From an uncultured Candidatus Saccharibacteria bacterium (GTDB taxonomy: Bacteria > Patescibacteriota > Saccharimonadia > Saccharimonadales > Saccharimonadaceae): a DNA stretch of 64,000 nucleotides. Position 1 is the first letter of the stretch; every line of letters starts with the position of its first letter. The position numbers were made by a program, and so were the translations under genes. Positions 61,805 to 64,000 of this stretch are shown one piece after another. The stretch covers positions 3,418 to 67,417 of the forward strand of contig CAYXTS010000001.1 in assembly GCA_964468665.1 (NCBI GenBank). Reading direction: 5' to 3'. The notes under the pieces are model-generated. The model did not search any database and was not told the DNA's origin. It saw only the letters and a list, made by a program, of their open reading frames with translations.

Positions 61805-62932
61805 ATGTCTAATGTTCTCGTAAATAATGGTATTCAGATTACGTCTGAAATTGGAGAATGGTATTCTCTCGCATCAAAGTATGGAGTTTCTCCGCAAGAA
61901 GTTGGTCTCATTGATTTTAATCGGACCGGCGTGTGCCTTGACGACAATGACGTCAAAGTAGGATTTAGGACTCGTTTCAATGGTACTTTGTTTTATGGTA
62001 ATGATCTATCATGGTTTGCTTTACCGGTAAGAAGCTACGAGGATTCAAATTTCCATATTCAGGACGGGAAGGTGTTTTTCAAAAAATTCCAAATCGGTAC
62101 TATCGATAAGCCGGTACTTGATACCTGTGATACTTCGTATCAGAGGGGGAGAAAGCTTCTCAATCTCAATAGCCGTAGTAGAAGCAATTGCGCTGGATGC
62201 AAGGCTTGTGTTCATAATGATAAAGCTTTGTATGATGACACCGTAATCAAAGATAAGCATGAGCTTCGTACTGCAGATGAAATTGAGGACTTTTTTCGCA
62301 AAAAGGAGAGACTTGGTGTCAGGATTGATGAACTTGATCAGATCGCAGTTGTAACAGGTTTATTCTCGAATGAGCAAGAGGTCCTTGAACATATGAGCAT
62401 AGTCTATAACGTTGCGGTTGGGTATGGATTCCATGGTGAGCTTATGTATTTCGGGTGTCAGTTGATGAGCGGTTCTGCGCTTAAAGAGTTTTCTAAGTTT
62501 GGGAAAACTGCCATCGTGTTTGCCATAGATAATTTTACTAAGAGAAAGGAAAACCTTTCAATGGTAAAATCTGGTTATGAACTTGAAGATTTTTATGCAT
62601 CTATGAGCTTGGCAAAGTCTTATGGAATCGAAACTACTTTCGCTTATATTGTGGGTGTTGATGATTTGCGTGCGATTGCTAAAAACTTTAATTACTTTTT
62701 TAACGTTTGTACTAGGTTCCCGGTCGTGAATATTTTTCAGATCCAAACGAATTTGCAGGCACAAGTATTACATGATGATGCACGAGTACTTGAGTATTAT
62801 ATTCAAGCTCGTTTGATAATGGAAAAAATATTTAAAGACAGCAATATGCGTCCGAGACGCTGGGAGAACTATCGTCCTCTTTGGTATCGCGAATTTAGCG
62901 ATGAGTGCCTTGACGTGAAGGCATATGGTTAA
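61805..62932 (+). CDS. radical-SAM-like Fe-S protein
   Basis: Cys triad C-x2-C-x2-C (NCAGCKAC) followed by barrel-like segments (AYIVG, VNIFQ). SD AAGGAGG before ATG 61805. Confidence 0.55.
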   Translation: MSNVLVNNGIQITSEIGEWYSLASKYGVSPQEVGLIDFNRTGVCLDDNDVKVGFRTRFNGTLFYGNDLSWFALPVRSYEDSNFHIQDGKVFFKKFQIGTIDKPVLDTCDTSYQRGRKLLNLNSRSRSNCAGCKACVHNDKALYDDTVIKDKHELRTADEIEDFFRKKERLGVRIDELDQIAVVTGLFSNEQEVLEHMSIVYNVAVGYGFHGELMYFGCQLMSGSALKEFSKFGKTAIVFAIDNFTKRKENLSMVKSGYELEDFYASMSLAKSYGIETTFAYIVGVDDLRAIAKNFNYFFNVCTRFPVVNIFQIQTNLQAQVLHDDARVLEYYIQARLIMEKIFKDSNMRPRRWENYRPLWYREFSDECLDVKAYG

Positions 62933-62964
62933 AAAGACCCCCGGAAACACCGGGGGCTTTTTTT
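62931..62964. terminator. bidirectional intrinsic terminator
   Basis: aaaaagacccccgg-aaaca-ccgggggctttttt between convergent genes. Confidence 0.75.
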
Positions 62965-63943
62965 AACGAAGTTTTGATATTAATTTTTTGATTTCATTAT
63001 GACTTAGCCCTAATTTTTCTAAGTATTTTATTGTAGAGTTAATTAAATCGTTGAGGTTTGCGCCATTGATGTGGTGAAGAATTTTTTTTATAGTATCGTC
63101 TTTTAGATAATCATATCTTTTTGGATTGTCATCATAGGTTATTCTGTTATTATTCTCATAACTTATCATGTAATCCGACATTATTTCTTCAGCACTCATT
63201 CCGTACAGGGATTGAAGAATGGCACAGACAAAACCGCTTCGTCTTTTTCCGGCTCGACAATGAATCATACAGGGTGTTTCCGACTCTATTATTAATTTCA
63301 TAGCAGTTAGGATAGAATATTCAAATTCCTTTGAATAGAGGCCGGAGTCATTGCCAATCGGGTATATTTTACAATTTCGTAAGACATCTATTTCATCATC
63401 GTCTAATAGCGTAACTAAATCATTATATTCTTTGGCGGTATCTGCCATATTTATGATTGTTTTTATGCCAAACTTTTTTACACATGATCGAACCGATTTT
63501 GCACGATGATATGCATCGTCGACGGGGCTAGATGAGCGGTAGAAATGGTTGGAACCTTGGAATAGTGGCCTAAAATTGGCAAATGATTCTTCTGATTCGT
63601 AAAATTTCCTATCGCTGATTTCAGTAAACGAATATGCATTCTCTTTTTCCCAATAATATCCGTGGAGTTTTAGATCAATATAAATATTTTGCCCTTTGTA
63701 GAGATTATATTTTTCTTTTGCGCTTCCATTTCTTATCGCTAAGAAAACGGTGTTGTCTTTAAGTACCAAGACAGTTCCAAACATTTTGCAATATAGACCA
63801 CTATGGAATGGGACTTTTTCTAGCGTTTGCTCGTTCACGGTGATTGTCAATGAGTCACCAAGATTGAAAATACCACCCTTAAAATCTTTATTTTCTAAAT
63901 GAGCGTTTCCTTTTTCGTCAATAAAAACTATTCTTGTCTTCAA
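62963..63943 (-). CDS. protein-tyrosine-phosphatase-fold protein with an N-terminal beta domain (SAM hydroxide adenosyltransferase C-terminal-like)
   Basis: NFR, FYRSS, HCRAGKRRSG (CX5R), DY..S; N-terminal IDEKGN...LAIRNGSA. Confidence 0.7.
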   Translation of the reverse strand: MKTRIVFIDEKGNAHLENKDFKGGIFNLGDSLTITVNEQTLEKVPFHSGLYCKMFGTVLVLKDNTVFLAIRNGSAKEKYNLYKGQNIYIDLKLHGYYWEKENAYSFTEISDRKFYESEESFANFRPLFQGSNHFYRSSSPVDDAYHRAKSVRSCVKKFGIKTIINMADTAKEYNDLVTLLDDDEIDVLRNCKIYPIGNDSGLYSKEFEYSILTAMKLIIESETPCMIHCRAGKRRSGFVCAILQSLYGMSAEEIMSDYMISYENNNRITYDDNPKRYDYLKDDTIKKILHHINGANLNDLINSTIKYLEKLGLSHNEIKKLISKLR

Positions 63944-64000
63944 CTTCGTTACCCCCTATGTTAATGTGCGTTTAGTTTTTATATAATATCATATTTTAAT

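Overview
The window looks like a segment of a reduced, AT-rich bacterial chromosome, most likely Candidatus Saccharibacteria (TM7/CPR). That assignment is inferred from gene content and sequence style. It carries housekeeping genes (ligA, pyk, pgk, pgi, gpmI, pcrA, ftsH, pepN, clpC/clpP, rnhA, tyrS, glyQS, hisS, rpmA, xseAB, recO, ppa), 8 CCA-encoding tRNAs, and an accessory region at about 54.4-64 kb. Highlights: (1) Two families of GC-rich, roughly 85-125 nt palindromic elements with compensatory base changes between copies. Family A sits in frame inside pcrA, pepN, tyrS and a methyltransferase and is read in different frames or orientations. Family B sits inside the same methyltransferase and in the clpC 5' UTR. 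They resemble Rickettsia palindromic elements. (2) A complete agmatine deiminase pathway (carbamate kinase, putrescine carbamoyltransferase, antiporter, agmatine deiminase). (3) Two large mosaic surface proteins with FISUMP/C-type-lectin-fold domains, one with an internal segment that looks like a DGR variable repeat; no reverse transcriptase or template repeat is in the window. (4) A pervasive leaderless promoter architecture, with the -10 box 6-7 nt before the ATG. (5) Integration scars at tRNA-Glu, a CIRCE operator at clpC, a consensus promoter embedded in frame in gpmI, and three disrupted ORFs that may be sequencing or assembly errors. All calls come from reading the sequence by eye; no searches were run.
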